64,000 nucleotides of DNA, taken from NCBI GenBank assembly GCA_964556485.1, contig CAZKVV010000005.1:16326-80325 (forward strand), read 5' to 3'. The stretch comes from an uncultured Pseudomonadales bacterium. GTDB lineage: Bacteria > Patescibacteriota > Microgenomatia > UBA1400 > PJMF01. The first letter of the stretch is position 1. Every line of letters starts with the position of its first letter. The notes beneath the pieces were generated by a model. That model was not told the DNA's origin. It searched no databases and was given only the letters and a program-made list of their open reading frames with translations. Made by a program: the position numbers and the translations under genes. This document shows positions 19,874-28,768 of the stretch, one piece after another.

Positions 19874-22800
19874 TTATGCTTCGTCTTCCTCAGTAGTTTC
19901 TAACTCGTCAACTGAGATATCAGTGTCCTCTGCAGGAACAACTTCAATCTCATCGCCGTCTGGATCGATCGTTTCTTCAATTCCGGCTGCAGCTTCTAAT
20001 TCTGCCATTTCTTCTGGGGTAATCTCAACTTTTTCTTCGATTATTTCCTCAAGAACAGCTTCATGTGGAACAACATCGATACCAAGTGAGTTAAGCTCGC
20101 GCATCAGCACTCTAAATGATTCTGGAACTGTTGGAGCTGGAATATCCAAGCCCTTCACAATTGCTTCAAAAGCTTTCGCTCTGCCCATAACGTCGTCAGA
20201 CTTAATGGTAAGCATTTCCTGCAGAATGTGTGCTGCTCTATGTGCTTCAAGTGCCCAGACTTCCATTTCTCCCAAACGCTGTCCACCCATCTGGGCTTTA
20301 CCACCCAAAGGTTGTTGCGTAACTAAAGAGTATGGACCGGTTGAACGTGCGTGCATCTTATCTTCCACCATGTGTGAAAGTTTTAGGATGTACCCAATAC
20401 CAACGGTTGTCTCTTCACCAAACTGCTCTCCAGTTCGACCATCGAAAAGTTGTGCTTTACCAGAAACTGGCAAACCAGCTCTCTCGAGCTCATTCCAGAT
20501 TCTACTTTCTTCAAACTTCTCGAAAGCTGGAACAGCAATGTTGTATCCAAGCTTGGAAGCTGCCCAACCCGCATGAGCTTCGAACAACTGTCCAAGGTTC
20601 ATACGAGCGAGAACTGAAAGTGGTGAAATAACAATGTCGACTGGAGTACCATCTTCAAGATGTGGCATGTCAGCAGAAGGAACGATCTTAGAGATAACAC
20701 CCTTGTTACCATGACGTCCTGCCAACTTGTCACCTACAGTGATTTTTCTCAACTGAGCAACTTTGACGGTTACTTCTTTAAGCGTACCTGGATCGAGTTC
20801 GTCACCAAGATCGCTGTCAAGAATTTGCACATCAATAACAATTCCTTGCTCACCATGTGGCAAACGTACTGAAGTGTCACGAACTTCTCGAGATTTCTCA
20901 CCAAAGATAGCTCTGAGCAATCTCTCTTCTGGAGTTAGCTCTGTTTCACCTTTTGGAGCAATCTTACCAACAAGGATGTCGCCAGCGGTAACAACGCTAC
21001 CTACACGGATAATTCCGTCTGGAGTAAGGTTTGAAAGATACACTTCTGAAACATTTGGAATGTCATTAGTGAGCTCTTCTGGACCTAACTTAGTGTCCAT
21101 GACTTTGGCTTTGTGCTCGTTGATTTGGATAGAAGTGAGTGTGTCATCCTTAACCAAACGGTCAGAGATCACGATAGCGTCTTCATATCCAAGACCATCA
21201 AATGAAGCATACGCAATTAAAAGGTTAGTACCTAGTGAAAGTTCACCATGATCTGCTGAAGGACCGTCAATGATAACGTCACCCTTCTTGATTTCATCAC
21301 CGAGCGAAACGATTGGTGTTTGTGAGTAACAAGTACTTTGTGAAGTTCTTACAAATTTCTGCACAAAATAGGTTTCTTCGTTACCATCAATGAGTGAAAT
21401 TTCATCGCCAGCTGTATCAGCAAATTCTGTTGCATCTGCTTTTGATAATGTAATGACTACTTTGTTACCATCTACATATGAAACGGTACCAGCATGTCGA
21501 GCTTCAACGGTTCTTCCCATTGAAACTGCAACTGAACGCTCCATACCAGTTCCAACGATTGGAGCTTGTGGCTTTACAAGAGGCACTGCTTGACACTGCA
21601 TATGGGTACCCATCAAAGCACGGTTAGCTTCGTCATGAGCAATAAATGGAATAAGTGATGCTGAAGTACCAATCACCTGACGTGGAACAACGTCGATGTA
21701 TTGCGCATCTTTGACATTACCTTCAATAAAGGTGTTCATATAGCGCATTGGGATCCACTCGCTTTGAATCACACCCTTAGCGTCTATTTCAATACTTGCA
21801 TGAGTAATTCTGTAATCTTCTTCTTCATCAGCTGAAAGGTAAACTACTTCATCTTGAACAACCATCTCACCGTTAGCTTCTTTGACAGGTCGATATGGTG
21901 CTTCTAAGAATCCAAAGTCATTTACTCTAGCATAGAGTGAAAGATACGTCACCAAACCAATGTTTGGACCTTCTGGCGAACGAACTGGGTCAATTCTAGA
22001 ATATTGAGACGCATTGATGTCGCGCATCGAGAAAGATGCGCGCTCTCTGGTAACACCGCCTGTACCCATAACTGATAATCTACGAAGATTATCAATTTCT
22101 GAGAGAGGATTGGTTTGATCTAAAATAGTTGAAAGTCTATTTCTTCTAAAGAACTCTGAAATTGTTGCAATGAGTGGACGAGCATTGACCAAAGCAGCTG
22201 GAGTAAGGACTTCATCAGTCTTAGTAAGTGACATCTTTTCTCTGATTGATCGCTCTAATCTAATTAAACCAATTCTGAATGCCGAATCTTTAACCAACTC
22301 ACCAATTTGGCGAACTCGACGGTTACTCAAGTGGTCAATATCATCAAGTTTGCCAACTCCGTTTTGAAGTTTAATTAGGTAAGAAACAGTAGCTAAAATG
22401 TCTTCTTTTGTAAGGATCGTAGTGTTGAGGTCAACAGAGACGCCCAAGCGTCTGTTTAATTTGTAACGACCCACTCTGTCTAAGTTATAACGTCTGTCAT
22501 CGAAGAAAAGCTGCTTGAGGTACTCAAGTGCATTATCGAGCACTGCCGGTTCACCAGGGCGCATCTTTTCATAAATTTCGATGAGAGCTTCTTCTTTTGT
22601 TTTTGAAACGTCTTTTTGAATAGTGTTCTCAACAAGATTGAGTTGGTCAATACCAATTGCTTCTTTAAGAGCCTCACGAATTTCATCATCTGAACTGTAA
22701 CCAACTGCTCTAAGTAGAACAGTTACTGGCATTTTGCGTCTTCTGTCAATCTTAACAGTCATCACATCACGCTTACCTACAGTCATTTCAATCCATGAGC

Positions 22801-23293
22801 CACGCTTTGGTCTAAGTTCTGCTGTAAATAAATCTCTTCCAGTAGCAGTATCTGTTTCGGCACTAAAAGAAGCGCCTGGCGCTCTTACCAACTGAGTAAC
22901 CACTGCGCGTTCAATGCCATTTACCACAAAAGTACCAATTGGAGTCATCTTTGGAATATCACCTAAGAAAACTTCTTGCTTTTGTTCTTCGCCTGTTTTT
23001 TTATTGAGAAGTGAGGCTTCAACATAGAGTGGCATATCATAAGTCACCCCTTTTGCTTTTGCCTGCTCGATACTGTACTTTGGTTTTCCAAAACGATACT
23101 CACCAAATGCCAATCTCCAGTTTTTACCCGTGTAGTCAGAAATACCTTGCTCACCATTTACTTCGATAAGCGACTGCTTGATACCTTCAGAAAGAAATTG
23201 CTGGTAACTATCAAGCTGTAGCTTGACCAAGTCGAGCTCCGGAAGCACCTTATTTGTAAATCCCCAATTTTGGCGTGTAATGGTGTTAGACAT
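19874..23293 (-). CDS. rpoB: RNA polymerase beta subunit
   Basis: GDKLAGRHGNKG and GGQRLGEME motifs; ATG 23293 with purine-rich RBS; acidic tail. Confidence 0.99.
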   Translation of the reverse strand: MSNTITRQNWGFTNKVLPELDLVKLQLDSYQQFLSEGIKQSLIEVNGEQGISDYTGKNWRLAFGEYRFGKPKYSIEQAKAKGVTYDMPLYVEASLLNKKTGEEQKQEVFLGDIPKMTPIGTFVVNGIERAVVTQLVRAPGASFSAETDTATGRDLFTAELRPKRGSWIEMTVGKRDVMTVKIDRRRKMPVTVLLRAVGYSSDDEIREALKEAIGIDQLNLVENTIQKDVSKTKEEALIEIYEKMRPGEPAVLDNALEYLKQLFFDDRRYNLDRVGRYKLNRRLGVSVDLNTTILTKEDILATVSYLIKLQNGVGKLDDIDHLSNRRVRQIGELVKDSAFRIGLIRLERSIREKMSLTKTDEVLTPAALVNARPLIATISEFFRRNRLSTILDQTNPLSEIDNLRRLSVMGTGGVTRERASFSMRDINASQYSRIDPVRSPEGPNIGLVTYLSLYARVNDFGFLEAPYRPVKEANGEMVVQDEVVYLSADEEEDYRITHASIEIDAKGVIQSEWIPMRYMNTFIEGNVKDAQYIDVVPRQVIGTSASLIPFIAHDEANRALMGTHMQCQAVPLVKPQAPIVGTGMERSVAVSMGRTVEARHAGTVSYVDGNKVVITLSKADATEFADTAGDEISLIDGNEETYFVQKFVRTSQSTCYSQTPIVSLGDEIKKGDVIIDGPSADHGELSLGTNLLIAYASFDGLGYEDAIVISDRLVKDDTLTSIQINEHKAKVMDTKLGPEELTNDIPNVSEVYLSNLTPDGIIRVGSVVTAGDILVGKIAPKGETELTPEERLLRAIFGEKSREVRDTSVRLPHGEQGIVIDVQILDSDLGDELDPGTLKEVTVKVAQLRKITVGDKLAGRHGNKGVISKIVPSADMPHLEDGTPVDIVISPLSVLARMNLGQLFEAHAGWAASKLGYNIAVPAFEKFEESRIWNELERAGLPVSGKAQLFDGRTGEQFGEETTVGIGYILKLSHMVEDKMHARSTGPYSLVTQQPLGGKAQMGGQRLGEMEVWALEAHRAAHILQEMLTIKSDDVMGRAKAFEAIVKGLDIPAPTVPESFRVLMRELNSLGIDVVPHEAVLEEIIEEKVEITPEEMAELEAAAGIEETIDPDGDEIEVVPAEDTDISVDELETTEEDEA

Positions 23294-23360
23294 GAAAACC
23301 CTTCCCTCTTTATTGACTCCTGACTTTATGTACCGTGTCACTAATCGTTATACTTACTAT

Positions 23361-23515
23361 AAAGCGCTTGTGAGGCAGAAAACGTGGCACCAAGTTTAAA
23401 CCGTTAATTTGTGTGCCACGAAAAATACAGAGAGGCACTCTGTGCTCTCCCTTTGTTACTTATTTGAAACCGAAGTTCCGTGTTCTCTACTTCTCAAGAA
23501 ACAACCTCACGCTCT
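23361..23515 (-). ncRNA. Putative multibranch structured 5' leader of rpoB
   Basis: Closing stem AGAGCGTGAGG/CCTCACAAGCGCTTT enclosing GAGAGCAC/GTGCCTCTC, CGTGGCAC/GTGCCACG and a TTCG-loop hairpin. Confidence 0.55.
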
Positions 23516-23537
23516 TTTTTGTACAACTGAAGATCCA

Positions 23538-23566
23538 ATTATAGCACCACAAGTATGCTAACGCAA
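23538..23566 (-). promoter_or_regulatory. Sigma70 promoter of rpoB
   Basis: TTGCGT-17 nt-TATAAT with extended TG. Confidence 0.65.
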
Positions 23567-24541
23567 GTATCTGCTGATATTCGTGTTATGCTCATCCAAA
23601 GTTTTAGCATAATACATTTCGCCAGATGGAGCGTGTAAATAGAAAACATCGTCAACCTCAAAAGGATTGAGCGCTGCTGCAAGTGCATTACTGCCTGGGT
23701 TGCAGATAGGACTGGAAGGCAAACCTGCATTCATATACGTGTTAAACACACTATTTATTTGTTTGTCAGCTGCTAGTGGAACACCCCACCATTCACCTTT
23801 TGCATTTTTACCTTTTGCATACTGCAGTGTCGCATCTACTTGTAGCGCCATACCAATATCAATTCTATGCCAAAGAATGCCTGCAACATGTCGCATTTGT
23901 TCATAGTCTCGCGCTTCTCTTTGCACCAGCGAGGCCATGATCAAGACAGAATCCATTGGCCTGCTCTGAGCTGCAATATTTTTCTCGAGTGAATCAATTT
24001 CCAACTCATATTGAGAAGTCAGAAGATCATACAATTGCTCGGCCGTAGCTTCTCGGGGCACAAGATAGGTCTCAGGAAAGAGCTTTCCCTCACTATTTCC
24101 AGCCAGTTTCATAAATTGATCAACGTCAAACTCTATTAGCTCTTCTTGCGCATCTAAATACTCTGCGATTTCCTCCATTCGCCAACCCTCGAGCAAAGTA
24201 ATCCACATATCTTGCATGCCTTTAGTCAGAGCCTCCGCAATCTCTTGGGGTGTTGATGCTGCAGAAACTTCAAATGAGCCAGCCTGGATTTTAGGACCAA
24301 GTCCAGTTAATCGCACCACAGTTTTAAAGACAAGCGCGTTTTTTATAACTTTAGCTTCTTGTAGTCTGTTGGCAATAGAGCTGACCGATTCACCTTTTCG
24401 AACAATAAATTGTTGAGTAGATTCGTCAGTGGATGATGCGACTGGTTGCAGCAATGTGCACACATACAGAGCAGCACCAGCACTCAAAGTGAGCAATAGT
24501 ACGCAGAAACCTAGCAATAACTGATGTTTGGACACCTGCAT
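23558..24541 (-). CDS. mltG: Endolytic transglycosylase MltG (YceG-like)
   Basis: N-terminal TM; EGKLFPETY, ASLVQREA, LQVDAT and GLPSSPICNPG motifs. Confidence 0.93.
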   Translation of the reverse strand: MQVSKHQLLLGFCVLLLTLSAGAALYVCTLLQPVASSTDESTQQFIVRKGESVSSIANRLQEAKVIKNALVFKTVVRLTGLGPKIQAGSFEVSAASTPQEIAEALTKGMQDMWITLLEGWRMEEIAEYLDAQEELIEFDVDQFMKLAGNSEGKLFPETYLVPREATAEQLYDLLTSQYELEIDSLEKNIAAQSRPMDSVLIMASLVQREARDYEQMRHVAGILWHRIDIGMALQVDATLQYAKGKNAKGEWWGVPLAADKQINSVFNTYMNAGLPSSPICNPGSNALAAALNPFEVDDVFYLHAPSGEMYYAKTLDEHNTNISRYLR

Positions 24542-25116
24542 TAGCAGTCATTTCTATTATAGATCTCGTCAAAAATTGGTTCAGCAATAACACACTTATC
24601 TGCAGAATAAAGAAGACATCTAATTTCAGTTAGCAGTGATCCCGCAAACTGGGGATCAAAAAAATAACTACCAATCGCTCGCGCCATTATTTGTGATGCT
24701 TTATCCACCGGATATCTAGAAATACCTGTGGAAATGCAGGGAAACGAAATGCTGGTAAGCTGATACTGATCTGCGAGCCACAGGCAATTTCTATAGCAAG
24801 CGAAAAGCAGTTCTGCCTCATTGCCACCTTCTTGTCCAAAAATTGGACCCACGGTATGAATAACATACGGTGCTGCCAACCTATAACCCTTGGTTATAAT
24901 CACCTGAGATGTCTCAAGGCCACCATATTGTTTGCATTCTTCTTTGAGTTCTGGTCCTGCTGCGAGTGTGATTGCAGTATCAACGCCACCAGCCATTTCA
25001 AAATTTTTAGTAGTCGCATTCACAATAGCATCAGTATCCTGCGAGGCTATATCTCCCTCCAGCAAGATAACCATCGGCAAATTTTCAAATTGTTTCCAGT
25101 ATTCTTTTCTATGCAT
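24541..25116 (-). CDS. Macrodomain protein (ADP-ribose binding or hydrolase, YmdB-like)
   Basis: GDI..DAIVNA..GGVD..VIHTVGP..FPCISTG. Confidence 0.92.
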   Translation of the reverse strand: MHRKEYWKQFENLPMVILLEGDIASQDTDAIVNATTKNFEMAGGVDTAITLAAGPELKEECKQYGGLETSQVIITKGYRLAAPYVIHTVGPIFGQEGGNEAELLFACYRNCLWLADQYQLTSISFPCISTGISRYPVDKASQIMARAIGSYFFDPQFAGSLLTEIRCLLYSADKCVIAEPIFDEIYNRNDC

Positions 25117-25154
25117 ATAGTTGTGCCAATACTACCATACTTTATATAAGCTCA

Positions 25155-25535
25155 CTACTCTTGTTCGTCTATCCATTCTTGTAAGAAGGTTGCTGCAGCA
25201 AAATGATCTATTGCTCCCTGTCGCTTTTTTTGTTTCGCAAACAACATTTTTTCATGGACAACTTTTGAACTTAAAGTTTCATCAGCATGCAGCACCGGAA
25301 TGGTCAGCTGTTTGCGCAATGTTTCTGCAAAAGCCTCACTTTTAAGGGCCATGACATTTTCTGAAATGCCCACAACCACCTGTTGCACCGCTTCTCTCTG
25401 CACTATGTTGAGAATCTGAGAATAGAGATCAGCATCGTTGGGTAAAATAATCAGCGGGTCTGCCAGTGTTCCTCTGCTCACTGCCACACCAACTCTAACG
25501 GTGCCGTAATCGAGTGCTAAGGTTTTTGGAATCAT
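25155..25535 (-). CDS. ruvX: YqgF/RuvX family nuclease
   Basis: LALDYG..RVGVAVS, DETLSS and IDHFAA motifs. Confidence 0.92.
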   Translation of the reverse strand: MIPKTLALDYGTVRVGVAVSRGTLADPLIILPNDADLYSQILNIVQREAVQQVVVGISENVMALKSEAFAETLRKQLTIPVLHADETLSSKVVHEKMLFAKQKKRQGAIDHFAAATFLQEWIDEQE

Positions 25536-25541
25536 ATCAAA

Positions 25542-26492
25542 CTATTGTACCAGCTGTGCGGTAACAACTCCTCGACGTAAATAAGTACCTTCAGGAGTAC
25601 AGGTCACTAACTTTAACTGCTTAGCATCATAATGTTGGGTAAGAATATAGACATCTTCCGGCTGAACTTCAGTTTTTTCTTGGACAATATATCGAAATTT
25701 CACGCCATCAGCAGTCACAAATATTTCATCTCCAGACTTCAGGGTCATAATAGTGCTAAAAATTGAGTTATATCTTCTAGGATTTTTTTCACTCGGATTA
25801 TAGAACTGTCGCAAGACAGAATGGCCAAATATCACTGGGGCACCTGGTTGTCCAGGCAACGCAGTTCCCTTGTAAGCAACTAGAGATTTATTTAGATCGG
25901 CACCACCCACAGTAACAACAGCATTCTTAATATTTAGTTTTGGAATATCCACCACATACTCTGCTATAGAAGCTGCATCTGAATCCCTCTGAAGGGGTAA
26001 TTCTGGCAATGTTGCAGCTGTAAACCAGTTATTAAGATTTGTGTAGTCAAGTTGTTCATCCACAATGATTGGTTCAATAGGTTCATCACTTAAGCCTGCT
26101 ACCGAGCCAGAAGTATCAATCACCAGTGGTGTTACATCCATCACTTGTTCTCGAGGAACTGGAGCCAGCAAATTTGCAGTTTGCAATACAGGAGCGGTTG
26201 ATACGTAGTAAGTAAGGATTGGAAAGACTGCACTACCTACTAAATAAATTCCAAATCCCAAAAATGAAACTGGAATAATAAATGCACCGACTCTCACAAT
26301 TTTTGGGACTCTTTTTTTGACTTTTTGCGCTCGCTCTTTTACGTATGTTTTTTCAATAGCGTCACTCACAGACATGCGTGCGATTTGCTTTTGAATTTTT
26401 GTCTCAAGTTCTTCAAGAGGCACACCACTAACAAGCGCCTTACGATACAACTCAACTAACTGAGAGTGGAGGGCAGACTGCTTGGTACTCAT
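25542..26492 (-). CDS. Sortase family protein
   Basis: TM anchor plus catalytic H (IFGHS), C (LVTC) and R. Confidence 0.88.
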   Translation of the reverse strand: MSTKQSALHSQLVELYRKALVSGVPLEELETKIQKQIARMSVSDAIEKTYVKERAQKVKKRVPKIVRVGAFIIPVSFLGFGIYLVGSAVFPILTYYVSTAPVLQTANLLAPVPREQVMDVTPLVIDTSGSVAGLSDEPIEPIIVDEQLDYTNLNNWFTAATLPELPLQRDSDAASIAEYVVDIPKLNIKNAVVTVGGADLNKSLVAYKGTALPGQPGAPVIFGHSVLRQFYNPSEKNPRRYNSIFSTIMTLKSGDEIFVTADGVKFRYIVQEKTEVQPEDVYILTQHYDAKQLKLVTCTPEGTYLRRGVVTAQLVQ

Positions 26493-28702
26493 TATTCAGT
26501 TTCTTTTGTGAGTACTACTTCTACTCGACTTTCATTTTTTGGAACAGATCTTGTAAATGAAGGTGACAAGGTCATTTCAACGGACTTCACACCTTTCAAA
26601 CTCTGCAACTGTGACTTCGCTGTTTGAACAGATTGACCAAGAATCGATTTCTTTGCGTCATCTAAATTTAACTTAGGCACTGCAACGGAACTCAGGTTAG
26701 CTGAAAGTGTGACAACGCTAGCTGAACCGGATGCAGCTTTTGATTCTTCTGGTGCAGATAAAATTTGCGGCTTTTCTGGTGAAAGCTCGTAACCTTCAGG
26801 TATTTCGCTTTTAAGCACAGCTGCAGCAAGCGGCTGTAAATCTCCAATACTGTATGAAAGCAGTGAAACAGTCATTTCTAGTTTAGCTGTGACTTCATTT
26901 GCTTCGGTATCAACCTTGGCATCAAAGTCTGCCTTTTCTTTAGCCACAGTAGCATTTGGCAAAACATAGACACCCTCGGCAGCGTCGTCTTCTAATGCTT
27001 TAATAGCTTCTGCTATCAATTTTTGTTTTAATTCAGCAACAACTTCGATTTGGTCTGCAGCGGCAACAACCCGCACCTCTCTACTTGAACCACCAGTAAA
27101 GTCCTTTATTGAAACTGCTTCATAAGTAGTTGCCGCAAAAGATTCAATGACAAACTTTGTCTCTTTGCTAATATTACTTTCCGTACCAATCTCTTTAGCT
27201 GTAATAGATACTTCGGCTTTACCAAACTCTATTCCTTGCTCCTTAACACTTGCCGAAGCAACTATTACATCAGAATCAAGTGTAAAAACCAACGTTCCTG
27301 CCTTAAATGCTGTACCAGTTTTGAACTCTTTATCGGCAGTGGACTTGTTGTACAACGTAACAGATCCCTTTGCCTTCTCGCCAACAATTTTGATGCCTGT
27401 TGTTAAAATAGTATTTTCACCTGTCACTGTTTTAGTTAGGGTTGTTGCTGCCAACAGCAGCTTTTCCGCATCAGAGCTTGTAGCATTTGAATCTAGCTTA
27501 ATACTCACCTGTTTGGAAACCTGTTTTTTTTCAAGAAGTAATGAGAAACGAGCCGTAGCAAAAAGTGAGGTAGCAAATAACCCTAATGCTGCCACCGTTA
27601 GTATTCCCCCAACAATTCCTGCAAGTATAAATTTCTTGGTGTGTTTTGCATGAAACAGTGACGTTGTTGAAGACTTTTTCTCTGTTTTTGCAGCAGATTT
27701 TTCTGTTGGCTTTTCCTCATGCTTTACATGGGCTGTATGTGTCTCATGAGTGGTACTGTGCTCTGGCTTATGCAGTAATTTTTCAGTTGGAATAGGGATG
27801 CCAAATGAAGTTGGTTGATGCTCTGAAAAACCTAAATCTGCAGCGGCAACTTGAGGTCTAACGCGCTCCACTTCTGGGGCAACATCACTACTGTGAGAAG
27901 ATGCTATCTCTCGATCTGTTGAATCTGCAACCACTAGACCCTTGCTCGCGGCAATTGCTACGCCTGCTTCAACAGCTAGTAATTGCAAATACTCATGTTG
28001 TGGCAAAATTGAGATGGTAGGAGTTTGTAAAAACTCTGGATGTTCTGTCCAGTTTATTGCAAGTAAATGTTGTTGTGCCTCTTTGAGCACTTCGTCATTT
28101 TCATCACTAGAAGCTAACACTAATTGAGGGGGTAAATACCCAGCATTCTCAACTGCAGGATTAGCAAATCGAGCTAAACCCTCTGCTAAATCGCCAACTA
28201 GGTCCCCAGATCTACCAACTGGTACAGTACTAGTTACCGCGCCTCGTTCAACCAAAGACAATACCACATGCTCTACACCAACAATAACGAGAACTCCAGA
28301 ATAACGTGGATCTTTGGCAAGTTGCTTTTCGACCATAGCTTCAGAGGTAACAATAAAACCGAGTGGCTCAAGTGATAGCTCATCAGTGATTTTCTTAAGT
28401 AATGGTTTCTTTTCTTCAATCAGCTCACCTGCTTTTGCCCATGTGTAAGGTACGGCAAACAAAACTGAGCTTACTTGTTCTGAATCTGGACCAAGTTCTT
28501 GCAATACTTCATCAGTTCTACTTACTGCCGAAGCAGCATCTGTATATCTTTTCAGTTTTGAATGATGTTCTAACTCAACAGTTCCCTGCTCAATCTTGAG
28601 TAACAAGGACTGCACTGAACCACTCGTAACGATAAGACCTAAAAAACGATCCATTTTGTGTGTGGAATCTTTCGTTGTTGGAAATAGGTGTGGCAGTTCC
28701 AT
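26492..28702 (-). CDS. Membrane protein: degenerate actin/FtsA-like N-domain, TM, baseplate J-like beta-rich C-domain (CPR-type)
   Basis: Central TM; KAKGSVTLYN..GT.F..F.LD..V..G.ESNI..FTGGSSR pattern. Confidence 0.6.
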   Translation of the reverse strand: MELPHLFPTTKDSTHKMDRFLGLIVTSGSVQSLLLKIEQGTVELEHHSKLKRYTDAASAVSRTDEVLQELGPDSEQVSSVLFAVPYTWAKAGELIEEKKPLLKKITDELSLEPLGFIVTSEAMVEKQLAKDPRYSGVLVIVGVEHVVLSLVERGAVTSTVPVGRSGDLVGDLAEGLARFANPAVENAGYLPPQLVLASSDENDEVLKEAQQHLLAINWTEHPEFLQTPTISILPQHEYLQLLAVEAGVAIAASKGLVVADSTDREIASSHSSDVAPEVERVRPQVAAADLGFSEHQPTSFGIPIPTEKLLHKPEHSTTHETHTAHVKHEEKPTEKSAAKTEKKSSTTSLFHAKHTKKFILAGIVGGILTVAALGLFATSLFATARFSLLLEKKQVSKQVSIKLDSNATSSDAEKLLLAATTLTKTVTGENTILTTGIKIVGEKAKGSVTLYNKSTADKEFKTGTAFKAGTLVFTLDSDVIVASASVKEQGIEFGKAEVSITAKEIGTESNISKETKFVIESFAATTYEAVSIKDFTGGSSREVRVVAAADQIEVVAELKQKLIAEAIKALEDDAAEGVYVLPNATVAKEKADFDAKVDTEANEVTAKLEMTVSLLSYSIGDLQPLAAAVLKSEIPEGYELSPEKPQILSAPEESKAASGSASVVTLSANLSSVAVPKLNLDDAKKSILGQSVQTAKSQLQSLKGVKSVEMTLSPSFTRSVPKNESRVEVVLTKETE

Positions 28703-28768
28703 AATGTACCCAACAGAAAAAAGAAGATTGTACTCTCAATCCTGTATACACTCATTAAAGCAAAAAAG

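Noticed and set aside
740-22704. Many 60-260-aa plus-strand and alternate-frame ORFs over ribosomal, EF and rpo genes
   Set aside because: They are antisense or frame shadows of conserved genes, with no motifs or RBS
26492-28702. Prophage or contractile injection system suggested by the baseplate-like domain
   Set aside because: No sheath, tube, capsid, terminase or integrase genes in the window
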